Shown here: positions 47,208 through 47,233 of the stretch, in pieces | Position numbering within the stretch: the first letter of the stretch is position 1 | Layout of the letters: each line of letters begins with the position of its first letter | NCBI GenBank assembly: GCA_905178155.1 | Contig: CAJINV010000001.1 | Coordinates: forward strand, 5,716,495 to 5,763,727 | Direction of reading: 5' to 3' | Source of the DNA: Amoebophrya sp. A120 | Lineage: Eukaryota; Protista; Dinoflagellata | DNA: 47,233 bases | The notes under the pieces: generated by a model | The model's database searches: none | Seen by the model: only the letters and a program-made list of their open reading frames with translations | What the model was told of the DNA's origin: nothing | Program-made: the position numbers and the translations under genes

Positions 47208-47233
47208 GCGGGGCGAGTCGATTTGCAGTGCAA

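Overview
Eukaryotic genomic DNA, most likely the parasitic dinoflagellate Amoebophrya. This is an inference from three features: all recognisable genes lie on one strand, the canonical GT-AG introns are short, and exons carry TIR 'introner' elements starting TAT-N7-AAAA, which matches my recollection of the strain A120 description. Recognisable genes (all minus strand): a >=3280-aa two-lipase membrane protein (assembled from five long ORFs plus a further in-frame exon), a DnaJ C-terminal-domain protein, a low-complexity coiled-coil protein, a DHHC palmitoyltransferase, a tandem-WW protein, an isochorismatase, a tandem-PDZ protein, a possible Sec6-like protein, a DUF3431 protein and a RAP-domain protein. 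Thirteen TIR elements of about five families (145-664 bp) sit in coding sequence. All have 5'-TAT...ATA-3' ends and a 5-bp direct repeat (one with a mismatch). Removing the element plus one repeat restores the host frame in 12 cases, often across conserved motifs. Main leads: (1) a 664-bp introner carries a fragment of a viral-type D5/SF3 primase-helicase; (2) a right TIR of the same family closes a >5.6-kb block of palindromic, hairpin-array DNA at the left edge; (3) all families share an internal GCAT[CG]ACA motif, and two families occur in both orientations; (4) one introner holds a nested 187-bp insertion with a 15-bp duplication. Splicing is inferred from reading frames only; no transcript data or database searches were available.
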